From Planctomycetota bacterium (GTDB taxonomy: Bacteria; Planctomycetota; B15-G4; JADJEK01), in NCBI GenBank assembly GCA_044225365.1, contig JBGAIQ010000017.1, positions 55,888-119,887 of the forward strand: a DNA stretch of 64,000 nucleotides. Reading direction: 5' to 3'. Shown in pieces: positions 37,113-46,580 of the stretch (positions are counted from its first letter, which is position 1; the number at the start of each line of letters is the position of its first letter). The notes beneath the pieces are model-generated. The model had not been told where the DNA came from. It saw only the letters and a list, made by a program, of their open reading frames with translations, and searched no databases. The position numbers were made by a program, and so were the translations under genes.

Positions 37113-38756
37113 TCAGGGCAACAGATTCGCGAGCACCGCGTTCGACAGGTCGTAGCGATAGCCGGGGACGGAGAGCCCGGTCGTGGCGCATTGCAGCGAG
37201 AACGCGAGAGGGCCGGCTCCACCGGGGATCGATGCGACGAACGTCCCGTCGTTGTTCGTCGTGATCGGCAGCACGAGCGCGAGCGGAAGCGTGACGAGTT
37301 CGCCAGCGAGTACCGGGACGAACGTGGGCTGGACGCCAAGTCCGATGAAGAGGAAGCCCGGTGCGTTCTTCGGAGCGTGGATGAGGGAGAGCTGCGCGTT
37401 CGTTCCGCTGGACAAGTCGCTGCCGCTGATCACCAGCATCGAAGCCCCGTGACGGTGGCCGAGATCCGGCTGATAGGGCGGCGCGAAACCGCGGCTGAAG
37501 ATCTGCCAGTTCAGGAACGAAGGACCGTCGAAGTTCGACGCTCCGCTCACGAACGCGACCTCCGTACCGTCGAAGTTCAGCGCGTTCTGGTAGCTGACGT
37601 TGTTGCCTTGAACACCCGTCGTCGACTGACTCACGAGCCAGTTGATGCCGAGTTCGAGATCGCGCTCGATGACGTCTTCCGTGCCGTTGACGTCGCCCGG
37701 GACGGCGTGGGGGTCGGTCGTCGCGAACGTGATGTAGCGACCGTCGCCGCTGAGGTTCGGCACTTCGCCATCGGTCAATTCGGAGCCATCGCTCGCGACA
37801 TCCTCACGCGTCACGAAACCGAGAGAACTTCGCCACACGAAGACGTCGGGAGCGCCGTTGGTGTCGTTCGGCACGAGATTGCTCGAGGCGCTCGAGAATG
37901 CGATCACGGTGCCGTTCGCCGACATCCGAATCTCGTTGCAGGGTGAGTTCGATGGAACGCCTTGGGCGCTGCGGCTCACGAGCGACGTCGTGTGGAGTTG
38001 GCGATCTCGGTAATACACGTTCTGCGATGCGGGCGAGGTCGGAGCACCGAGGTTCTGAGCCCAGCTCGAGAACGCGAGGAACCGCCCGTCCGCAGAGATC
38101 GCGGGCTCGCGGCTGTCCGAATCGCCCTGGACTCCCGCGGTATCGACGCTCTCCAATGTGACAATGCCGAGCACTCGATCGAACACGAAGACATCGGGCG
38201 CGGAATTCACATCGCCCGCGACGAAGTTCGTCGCGTCGCTCTCGAAAGCGATGTAGCGGCCGTCGGCGGAGATCGCGGGATGGCGACTGTTGCCATTGCT
38301 CTCCACAGCGCCGGGAGGATGGCTCACGATCGAAGTCTGCCCGGTCACGAGGTCGCGTAGGTAGATGTCGGAGAAGCCGTTCGTGTCGTTGCCGGCTCCG
38401 ACGAGATTGCTCGCGATCGATTCGAAAGCGACGAAGCGTCCATCGGCGGAGAGGCACAGCGAGAAGGAGTCGTCGTTGGACGCCTGATTCGCGCTGGTCA
38501 GGCTCGCGCAGCGCATCTTTCCGTTCTGACGATCGAGCAGGAAGATGTCGGCGCGTGAGTTGGGATCGTGCGGCACGAGATTCGTCGCGTTGCTCCAGAA
38601 CGCGACGTAGCGACCGTCGGCGGAGATCGCCGGAGTGAGGCTGTTGCCATTCGCGACGGCGCCACCGACGGCGACGCTGACCTTCTTCGTCTCTTGAGCC
38701 GAAGCGATCGCGCAAAGGGACAGCGCGACCGCGGCGAAGCGTGAGGTCGAAGTCAC
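37113..38756 (-). CDS. secreted TolB/PD40-like beta-propeller protein with a conserved C-terminal domain
   Basis: Repeated PAISADGRY/FVAF.S.A.NLV..DTN...DVF units and a signal peptide after GTG 38756. Confidence 0.85.
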   Translation of the reverse strand: MTSTSRFAAVALSLCAIASAQETKKVSVAVGGAVANGNSLTPAISADGRYVAFWSNATNLVPHDPNSRADIFLLDRQNGKMRCASLTSANQASNDDSFSLCLSADGRFVAFESIASNLVGAGNDTNGFSDIYLRDLVTGQTSIVSHPPGAVESNGNSRHPAISADGRYIAFESDATNFVAGDVNSAPDVFVFDRVLGIVTLESVDTAGVQGDSDSREPAISADGRFLAFSSWAQNLGAPTSPASQNVYYRDRQLHTTSLVSRSAQGVPSNSPCNEIRMSANGTVIAFSSASSNLVPNDTNGAPDVFVWRSSLGFVTREDVASDGSELTDGEVPNLSGDGRYITFATTDPHAVPGDVNGTEDVIERDLELGINWLVSQSTTGVQGNNVSYQNALNFDGTEVAFVSGASNFDGPSFLNWQIFSRGFAPPYQPDLGHRHGASMLVISGSDLSSGTNAQLSLIHAPKNAPGFLFIGLGVQPTFVPVLAGELVTLPLALVLPITTNNDGTFVASIPGGAGPLAFSLQCATTGLSVPGYRYDLSNAVLANLLP

Positions 38757-38881
38757 TGGAAGCTCCCGTCGAAAGCAGCGATGCGATTCCGTGCCGGTCC
38801 GTGCGCCGCATCGTAATCGATGCACGGCTCAAAGGGTCATCTCGGCGTCATCGCGATCGAAGTTCGACTTCGAGTCGGCGA

Positions 38882-41800
38882 CTACTTGTGTCGATCCGGC
38901 CCGGCCGGGACCGGCGGCTTCTTCGTCGGGCCGCGCTTCTCGAGTTCGCCGAGGAGGTACTCGACGGCCTTCTCGATCGTGGGCTCGCGTTCGAGGCGGA
39001 TGAGCGCGGGGTCGTCGAACACATCGACGTCGGGCGCTACGCCGACGCCTTCGACATCCCACTGCCCTTCGGTATTGACGAACGCGAAGGCGGGCACGGC
39101 GAGACCGCCGCCGTCGACGAAGCGCGGCGAGCCGGAGTACCCGACGAGACCACCCCAGGTCTTCTTGCCGAACAGCGGGCCAAGCCCAAGCTTTCGGAAG
39201 AAGAACGGGAACGCGTCGCCGCCGGACGACGAGTAACCGTTGATGAGCATCGCCATCGGACCCGCAAAGGCGAATTGCGGCGTCGGATAGAGCTCGGTGC
39301 CGCGGCGCACCCAGTAGTTGTACGGCTTGTTCGCGATGAGCTGTGCCATCCGGTCGGGAATGAACCCGCCGCCGTTGTAGCGGTCGTCGATGATCATCGC
39401 TTCCTTCACCGCGGCCTGCGGGCGGAAGTCCTCGAAGAGACGATGGTGACCCTCGACGGCCGTGTTCGGGGCATGGACGTAGCCGATCCGGCCATGCGAC
39501 AGGCGATCGACGAGCGCCATGTTGCGCTTCACCCAGTCGCGATATCGCAGTTCCTGTTCGCTGTCGATCGGCTTGACGTGGACGATGCGCGCGTTCTCGG
39601 CCGTCGGCTTGTCGTTCAGTGTGAGCGCGACGAATCGGCCCGTCTTGTTCTCGAGCAGTCGATAGGGATTGTCCTTCGTCGTCAGGTCCGCTCCGTCGAT
39701 CGCGAGCAGGTAGTCGCCTTCGTTCGCGTCGATGCCGGGTTCGGTCAGGGGCGAGCGCGTCGACTCGTCCCAGTTGTCACCGTCGTAGATCCGCCCGATG
39801 CGGTAGCGATCGCCATCCTTCGTGAACGTACAGCCGAGCAATCCGACCGGCGTGCGCGGAACGGCGGGGGTCTCGCCGCGCTCCACGTAGGAGTGGCCGA
39901 CGTTCAATTCACCGATCATCTCGCCGAGGAGGTAGTCGAGGTCGACGCGATTCGCGACGTTTGCGACCAGCGGGTCGTACTTGTCGCGCATCGCCTTCCA
40001 ATCGACTTTGTGCATGCCCGGGTCGTAGAACCAGTCGCGCATGATGCGCCAGGCATCCTTGTAGATCTGCGCCCATTCCTTCTGGCGATCGATCTTCAGC
40101 TTCACGCCATCCTGCGGCAGCGGATTGCTGCCCGCGCTCTGGCCAGGCGACGCATCGGCGAAGCAGAGGTCGGCGCCGTGGCGATAAAGCAACTTGGCCC
40201 CATCGGCGGTCAGTGAGAACTGCTGCACCCCATCGAGCACGCGCTGCAGAGCTCGTCGCTCGAGGTCGTACTTGTCGAGGTTGCCGTCGTGACCGACGAG
40301 GAAACCGCCGTTCACGGTCGTGAGTCCGAAGTAGCCGCCCACCGGTGCGGGCAGCACGACGAAGCGGTTCTCGATGCCCTCGAAGTCGATCGTGAAGGAC
40401 TTCTTCTCGTCCTTCTTGTCCTTCGCAGCGGCATCCTCCGGCTTCTTCTCCTCGGGCTTCTTCTCTTCTGGCTTCGCTTCCGTCTTCTCGGGCGCCTTGA
40501 CCTCGGGCTTCTCCTTGGGCTCTTCGTCGGTCTGCGGCTCGAGCGGCGACTTCACGTCCTTCCGCAGCAGCACGGCATAGAGACGTGAATTGAAACCGAG
40601 CTGTCCGTAATCGAAGTCGCGTTGCGAGACGAAGAAGACGTAACGGCCTTCCTTGTCGAAACACGGCGAGTTGTTCTGGTAGTGATCGCTCGTGATCGCG
40701 CGCGGTTTCGTATCGGCGAGCGCGGCGACGAAGATCTGACCGAAGCCGTTCGGCGACGTCTTCGTGTAGGTGAGCCAGCCCGAGTCCGCAGACCATGCGA
40801 AGTCGGAGAGCGAATCGATCGTGCTGTGGTCGATCTCCTTCACTTGCTTGCTGCCGACGTCGACGACCATCAGGCGATTCGCCTTGTCGGAGAACGCGAT
40901 CAACTTGCCGTCGGGCGAGAACGTCGCGTTGAGGATCCAGGCGCCCGTGCCGGTGGTGAGCTGGGTTTCGGTGCCGGTCTCGAAGGGGCCACCGTCGAAC
41001 GTGCGCAGGAACAGCTCGTAGTCGTCACCGACCTCGGCGCAGTACGCGATCGACTTGCCGTCGGGACTCCAGATCACATCGCGCTCGCGGCGCGATGGCG
41101 TCTGCGTCAGATTGTGCGCTTCACCGTTCTTCGCGGGGATCGAGAAGAGTTCACCGCGCACTTCGATCACGGCGCGCTTCGCCGAAGGCGACGCGTCGAA
41201 GCTCGCGAATTGACCCCTGCCGTCCTTCCAGACCGGACGCAACCACGGCTTGTCATCGGCGAGTTCGATCGTGAGTTTCTTCGCTTCGCCCGTCTTGGTG
41301 TCGAACACGTGGAGGTAGCCGCCGCGCTCGAAGGCGATGCGACCGCTCGTGCGATCGCCGCTGTCCATCGACGGCCACAGCACGTCGAAATCGGTGTAGT
41401 TCGTGAGCTGCTTCGTCTCCCTCGTCTTGGTGTCGAAGGAGTACAGGTTCAGCGTGCTCGTGCGATCCGACGTGAAGTAGATCTTGTCGCCGATCCACAG
41501 CGGATGATTGTCCGTGCCCTCGTAGTTGGTGATCTGCTCCGCGGCGTGCTTCTCGAGATCGTACGTGAAGACGTCCTGCGCTCGCCCTGCGCGGTTTCGC
41601 TTCCAGGTGCGCCATTCGCGACTGATGATGTTGTAGGCGAGCGATTTCCCATCGGGCGAGAACGTCGCGGGCCCACCCTCGGGGAGCTCGAGCGGTTCCT
41701 CGAGCGAGGTTGCGTTGGGATCGACGAGGAAGTATCGCCCGATCGTTCCGTTGTACGGCGTGCGACAGGCGCGAATCAGGATCCGGCTGCCGTCGGGCGT

Positions 41801-42175
41801 CCAGTCCATCGGCAAGTGGTCGTAGCCGTGACGCGGCGCCGAGGGCACGCTGTCGGGGTAGTACGTGAGCTGCTTCGGCTGCCCGCCGTCGTAGGGCACG
41901 AGCCAGATCTGCCGGGTACCCGAGTACTCCCCGGAGAACGCGATCCATTTCCCATCGGGCGAGATGCGCGGATACAGCTCGTAGCCTTCGTCGAAGCTCG
42001 TGATGCGTCGCGCGACGCCCCCGTCCGCGGAGCAGGTCCAGAGGTCGCCGCCATAGCAGAAGGCGAGTTTGTCGCCGCGGATCGCGGGGAAGCGCAAGAG
42101 GCGGGCTTCCTCACGGGCGACGAGGGGAGAGGCGAGCCAGCACGCGAAGGAGACGACGATGGCGGTTCGACGCAT
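38882..42175 (-). CDS. tricorn protease homologue (S41 family)
   Basis: ARLLRFPAI, PD40 propeller repeats, AWRIMRDWFYDP, GELNVGHSY, PDZ, DDRYNGGG, NGYSSSGGDAF (catalytic Ser), VEGVGVAPD. Confidence 0.95.
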   Translation of the reverse strand: MRRTAIVVSFACWLASPLVAREEARLLRFPAIRGDKLAFCYGGDLWTCSADGGVARRITSFDEGYELYPRISPDGKWIAFSGEYSGTRQIWLVPYDGGQPKQLTYYPDSVPSAPRHGYDHLPMDWTPDGSRILIRACRTPYNGTIGRYFLVDPNATSLEEPLELPEGGPATFSPDGKSLAYNIISREWRTWKRNRAGRAQDVFTYDLEKHAAEQITNYEGTDNHPLWIGDKIYFTSDRTSTLNLYSFDTKTRETKQLTNYTDFDVLWPSMDSGDRTSGRIAFERGGYLHVFDTKTGEAKKLTIELADDKPWLRPVWKDGRGQFASFDASPSAKRAVIEVRGELFSIPAKNGEAHNLTQTPSRRERDVIWSPDGKSIAYCAEVGDDYELFLRTFDGGPFETGTETQLTTGTGAWILNATFSPDGKLIAFSDKANRLMVVDVGSKQVKEIDHSTIDSLSDFAWSADSGWLTYTKTSPNGFGQIFVAALADTKPRAITSDHYQNNSPCFDKEGRYVFFVSQRDFDYGQLGFNSRLYAVLLRKDVKSPLEPQTDEEPKEKPEVKAPEKTEAKPEEKKPEEKKPEDAAAKDKKDEKKSFTIDFEGIENRFVVLPAPVGGYFGLTTVNGGFLVGHDGNLDKYDLERRALQRVLDGVQQFSLTADGAKLLYRHGADLCFADASPGQSAGSNPLPQDGVKLKIDRQKEWAQIYKDAWRIMRDWFYDPGMHKVDWKAMRDKYDPLVANVANRVDLDYLLGEMIGELNVGHSYVERGETPAVPRTPVGLLGCTFTKDGDRYRIGRIYDGDNWDESTRSPLTEPGIDANEGDYLLAIDGADLTTKDNPYRLLENKTGRFVALTLNDKPTAENARIVHVKPIDSEQELRYRDWVKRNMALVDRLSHGRIGYVHAPNTAVEGHHRLFEDFRPQAAVKEAMIIDDRYNGGGFIPDRMAQLIANKPYNYWVRRGTELYPTPQFAFAGPMAMLINGYSSSGGDAFPFFFRKLGLGPLFGKKTWGGLVGYSGSPRFVDGGGLAVPAFAFVNTEGQWDVEGVGVAPDVDVFDDPALIRLEREPTIEKAVEYLLGELEKRGPTKKPPVPAGPDRHK

Positions 42176-42318
42176 GAGTTCACGGATCCGATGTGGGCCG
42201 AATGGGGACCGAGGTCGACGCGGAGTCGCACCCTTTTACAGGATCGTGATACGGCCCAGAAGATGGCGTGTTGTGGTGACGGCACCGGAGAATCGAGATC
42301 TGTTGTCGAGTCTTCGAG

Positions 42319-42346
42319 TTGACAGGTCGCTGCGGGCGTGGAGCAT
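42319..42346 (+). promoter_or_regulatory. possible sigma-70 promoter, leaderless-type
   Basis: TTGACA-N16-GAGCAT ending 7 nt before ATG 42354, with no SD sequence. Confidence 0.3.
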
Positions 42347-42353
42347 CGTCGAA

Positions 42354-43616
42354 ATGAGTGAACGATCGAGCCCGACAGGGCGATTCCTCTTCGCGATCCT
42401 CGCGTGGATCTCGTGCATTGTGGCATGCACGACGAATCCCTTCACGCCATCGCATTCGAAACCTCCCGCCGCCAAGGTCCATCGGACCGACACCGAACTC
42501 TCTGCGCTGGTCGACCGCTTCACGGCCTACACCCTGCGCGTTCCGACCGCCGAACGGTCGCCCGCGATCCAAGCGGAGGACGATCGCGAGGCGCAGGAGA
42601 TGCAGGCCGCGTTCGCGACTCTCGAACCCGAGCAGGCGATGGAATTGCAGCGCCGGGTGTTCCTCAGGATGGCGACCCCATCGCTCCTAAAACTCGTCGA
42701 CGGCGCGCTTCTCGCCGACGACTTCGCGACGAAGGAAATCGATCTGCGGCGCTGGCAGATCCTGCGCCAGGATCCCGGGATCCACGTCGTCGTCGATGGC
42801 GGAGAACTGCGCGTGTCGGGCGCCGCCGCGGGCGGCATGAAACTCGGCCCGGGATTCTGCGGACTGGTCTCGAAGACGTTCGCCGATACGGCGGTCGAAC
42901 TGGTCACCCGCATGCGCGTCGTCACCGCGCCGCCGACGGCGAAGGGCGATTTCCTGGCGTTCGTCCATCTCTGCTCGTCGCAGCCCGACTTCTTCGCGCA
43001 CGTCGAAGCGGGCAAGCGCGACGTCGACGAAGCTCCGCGCTACGCTGCGGCTCGGCGAGCGGCCGACAACGAGGGCGACGCGATCGCGATCGCGTCGCCA
43101 TGGAAACTCGGGGAGTGGGTGACGGTGAAGATCCGCCACCTCCCCGCGAGCGGGGTCGCGGGCGCGACCGACGTTTCTCTCACCCCGAGCGGAGGAACGC
43201 CGCTTCCGGCGCTCACGAGGGTTCCGATGAGTTTCACGTCGACCAAGATCGAATTGAAGGTGCTCGACACGATCACGGATTCGCCGATCGATGCGCGATT
43301 CGACGACTGCCGGATCTATCGCGCGCCGTCCAGTGCACCCCTCGTCGTCCAGGTACTCGAAGGAGGTCATGAGGGGAAGGGCGTCGCTGGGCTCGCGGTC
43401 ACCGTGCGCGTGATCGGCAGCCAGGCTGCTCCGATCGAGGGCCGTACCGACGTAGCAGGTCGCTGCGCGATCGTGCTACCCGACGACGTCGACTATCCCG
43501 CCCGCATTCGCGTCACGGCGAAGCGCGGTGAGACGATGGTCCTCGACGCGTTCACGGCGCAGGTTCAGGGCGTTCGCGGCGTCTATCCCGGCGACGTTTG
43601 GCTCGTGCGGATCTGA
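42354..43616 (+). CDS. hypothetical lipoprotein with a beta-sandwich (ConA-like) region and an Ig-like tail
   Basis: Hydrophobic leader with VAC lipobox; ADDF...W...GELRV...FDDCRIY pattern; codon usage like neighbouring genes. Confidence 0.65.
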   Translation: MSERSSPTGRFLFAILAWISCIVACTTNPFTPSHSKPPAAKVHRTDTELSALVDRFTAYTLRVPTAERSPAIQAEDDREAQEMQAAFATLEPEQAMELQRRVFLRMATPSLLKLVDGALLADDFATKEIDLRRWQILRQDPGIHVVVDGGELRVSGAAAGGMKLGPGFCGLVSKTFADTAVELVTRMRVVTAPPTAKGDFLAFVHLCSSQPDFFAHVEAGKRDVDEAPRYAAARRAADNEGDAIAIASPWKLGEWVTVKIRHLPASGVAGATDVSLTPSGGTPLPALTRVPMSFTSTKIELKVLDTITDSPIDARFDDCRIYRAPSSAPLVVQVLEGGHEGKGVAGLAVTVRVIGSQAAPIEGRTDVAGRCAIVLPDDVDYPARIRVTAKRGETMVLDAFTAQVQGVRGVYPGDVWLVRI

Positions 43617-43674
43617 TCTTCCCTTCGAACCGCCGCGCTCGGACCGCCGCGCTCCAGCGCGGCATCCTCCTCCT

Positions 43675-46521
43675 TCATCCGAGCCCCGGACGTCCCCATC
43701 GCCACGATCCCCCGAGCGCGCCCCAAGCGAACAGAGCGAGTGTCGCGATCGCCGCGAAGATGGACAGCGCGCGGCCGATTCGGAACGACGCGGGCTCGTA
43801 GCGGAACTCCACGATGCGATCGTCCTTCGTGACCGGCACGGCACGAAGCGCCGTGTTCGCGCGCACGATCTCCGTCTCCTTCCCGTCGACGAACGCCCGC
43901 CAGCCCGGAAAGAACGTATCCGCGAGCACGAGGAAGCCGTCGCCATTCGGCGCGATGCCGATGCGAACGAGATCGGTTCGATCGGTCTCGATCGTCGCCC
44001 GTCCACCTTCACCGCGCGATGGTCTCTCCGAGCCTGACGCGAGGATCAGGTTCGACGCGGCATCGAACGTGGGATCGGTCAGCCGAGCGAGCGCAAGCGA
44101 ATCGTCCGGTTCGATGACGACGCCGGTCACGAGCCGCGCCCGGGGCAGGTAGAACGGATTCTCTCCGATGCGGAACTCCCGATCGCGCGTCGGATCGTTC
44201 CATGTCTCCAAACCCGGATTCTCGAAGACGCCTTTCACGGCGAGCAATCCGAACAGCCGCATTTGAAGATCGCGCGCCACGGCGCTCGTGCCTCTCGTCT
44301 CAGCGGTCGCCGTGATCAGGCGAAGGATGCGCGCGATGTGTCGCGGAGCGAGGGCGTCGTAGCCCGTCACCTCGCGCAGACCGTAGAACGTTCCGATCTC
44401 GGGGGCGATCGCGGTGGGATATGGCGATGCGACGCGCGCCGCGGGCCCGAAGGCGCGCAGCGCATCGATCGATTTCGATGGTGGGTAGAACGAGCCCGCG
44501 GGAATCGTCGGCAGCAAGCCGCTCGCGAATTCGATCATGCTGGAGACGACGATCAGCCCGAGCGCGAATCTCCCGGCGACGAGGAGGCCACCGCGCGCGC
44601 GGACCAGCCCGAATACGAGGAGTGCGCCGAGTCCGAGCAGCGAGAGCTGCATCGCGCTCCTTCCGCCCGGCAGCGACTCCGAGAAGAGCCACGTTGGCCA
44701 ACTCCGTTTCGCGAAGAGCGCCGGCGACAGATACGTGTTTCCCGCTTCGTCGTACGTCAGGACGCGCACCGGGGCGCTCGCGAGAGCCGCGCGGTCGCTG
44801 GGATCGCGGATTCGAATGAAGAGCGGGAACTTGGCGTTCGCGAGTGAATCGCGGTGGGCCGCGAGAGCGGGCGGAAGAGCGAGGATCGACGCCGCCGCGG
44901 CTCCCGTGCGGCCAAAGAGCAGAACCGCTTCCGTCATCTTCACCGGGGCGGCGACCCACGCTCCGAAGTCACCGGAGCTCGAATTGGCGGCGAGTTCGAC
45001 GAAACCGGCTTCGAGCGGCGCGGCCTTGGCGATCGGTTTCCAGAGCGGAATGCCGTAACCGCGCGCCGAAGAGATCGAGATCGCGTGAGCAACGATCCAT
45101 GCGCCGAACATCGCTCCGCCGACCCATGCGAATCGACGGCGCGCAATCGGATCGACGCTCGTGCTCGCGAGCGCATCGAAGCCGGCGGCGGCGAGGAACG
45201 CGATCGCGAGCAGTGTGAAGAGCTGCATCCGTGAGTTGATCGCCACCTCGAAGCCGGGGATCGACTCGATGAGTGGCGTGATGAAAGGCGCGCCATAACC
45301 CACCAGGATCGAGAGGATCGCGACGCCCGTCGCGAGGCGGCAGAGACCCTCGCGGCGACGAAGTACGGCGCCCGCCACCGCGAGGACGAGCGCGGATCCG
45401 GAGAACGCACCGTTCACTTCGAGGTAGTTTCCGTTGCCGCGATACGCATTGGGATCGCCGAACCAGTCGGCGGCGAGCAAGAGCACCGGATCGCCGCGCA
45501 TCCCCGCGAGTTTCGCAGCAGCGGTCATGACGACGACCGAAGCGAGGAGAGCGAGTCCGGGGATCCACGGGCGAGTCGCGCGCATGGCAAGCCGCGCCGA
45601 TCCCCACGTCGCGGCGGCGCCGAGCGCGAACAGGATCGATGCGAGCGGCGCCGCGGCGAACGGGAGACCGATGTCCGTCCGGGACCGCAGCTCGAACGCG
45701 GAGCTCTCGCGGATGTACTCGAGGAGCGGCACGATCTGCACGCCGCCGAGCAACGCGCCGAGGACGAAGGCGACAGCAACGAGCGCGATTCTGCGCGCGA
45801 CCGTGCCGAATCCGGCACCATCGCGAGAGGAGAGGACGCGCAGGACGACGAGGACCGCCGCGAACGCTTGAACGTGGAACGCGGTCTCCGGATGACCCCC
45901 GAGGTGCTGCAATCCGGCCACGAGCGCGATGAAACCGAGGCGAGTCGCGGTCGGACGCATCGCTCCCATGTCGCACGCGACGAGGAGCCACGGGAGAAGG
46001 CACGAGACGTTCGTCGGCGGGTACAACAGGAACGTCATCGAGAATCCGCCGAGCGCGAAGACGAACCCCGCGATCAACGCGCCTGCCGGAGTCGTTCCGA
46101 GGCGACGGGCGAGGAAGTACATCCCGAGTCCGGCCACGACGATCTTGAGGAGCGCGATCCAGGCGAGCGCGGCAGCGGGTGCTCCGAGCGCGATGGCCGC
46201 GAGGATCGGCGGAAAGAAAGCGGCGGACTGGCCGTTCCCGATGAACGGGGCTCCGCAGAACGAAGTGTTCTTCCAGAGCGGGAGGTGACCCTCCGCAGCG
46301 AATTCATCGGCGGCGAAGTTCAGCCACGGAGTGAACATCACCGCCGGATCGGAAATGACGCGCACACCCTCGGGAGTCGCCGCGCGGGTCGTCGCGTCGT
46401 AGGGTCCGTTCTTCACGAACGTGGCGGACGAGGAGAGGACTTCACCGCGAACGAACGCACCGCGCAGCAGGATCGCACCGACCACGCTGATCGCGAGGAG
46501 TGCAACCACCGCTGGGTGCAC
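43675..46521 (-). CDS. YfhO-family (GT-C-like) multi-pass membrane protein
   Basis: GHLPLWKNTSFCGAPFIGNGQSAAFFP, GHPET, QIVPLLEY, LPRARLV, FLVLADTFFPGWRAFVDG, FRYEPASFRIG. Confidence 0.85.
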   Translation of the reverse strand: MHPAVVALLAISVVGAILLRGAFVRGEVLSSSATFVKNGPYDATTRAATPEGVRVISDPAVMFTPWLNFAADEFAAEGHLPLWKNTSFCGAPFIGNGQSAAFFPPILAAIALGAPAAALAWIALLKIVVAGLGMYFLARRLGTTPAGALIAGFVFALGGFSMTFLLYPPTNVSCLLPWLLVACDMGAMRPTATRLGFIALVAGLQHLGGHPETAFHVQAFAAVLVVLRVLSSRDGAGFGTVARRIALVAVAFVLGALLGGVQIVPLLEYIRESSAFELRSRTDIGLPFAAAPLASILFALGAAATWGSARLAMRATRPWIPGLALLASVVVMTAAAKLAGMRGDPVLLLAADWFGDPNAYRGNGNYLEVNGAFSGSALVLAVAGAVLRRREGLCRLATGVAILSILVGYGAPFITPLIESIPGFEVAINSRMQLFTLLAIAFLAAAGFDALASTSVDPIARRRFAWVGGAMFGAWIVAHAISISSARGYGIPLWKPIAKAAPLEAGFVELAANSSSGDFGAWVAAPVKMTEAVLLFGRTGAAAASILALPPALAAHRDSLANAKFPLFIRIRDPSDRAALASAPVRVLTYDEAGNTYLSPALFAKRSWPTWLFSESLPGGRSAMQLSLLGLGALLVFGLVRARGGLLVAGRFALGLIVVSSMIEFASGLLPTIPAGSFYPPSKSIDALRAFGPAARVASPYPTAIAPEIGTFYGLREVTGYDALAPRHIARILRLITATAETRGTSAVARDLQMRLFGLLAVKGVFENPGLETWNDPTRDREFRIGENPFYLPRARLVTGVVIEPDDSLALARLTDPTFDAASNLILASGSERPSRGEGGRATIETDRTDLVRIGIAPNGDGFLVLADTFFPGWRAFVDGKETEIVRANTALRAVPVTKDDRIVEFRYEPASFRIGRALSIFAAIATLALFAWGALGGSWRWGRPGLG

Positions 46522-46580
46522 TCTTGTCTGGCTCCCCGGATTCGCGATTCGACTTCCTTCCGTTCACCCTCAGTTCGCCG

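Noticed and set aside
40400-40530. KPEEK-type repeats in tricorn protease
   Set aside because: A low-complexity charged linker is usual at this position in bacterial tricorn homologues.
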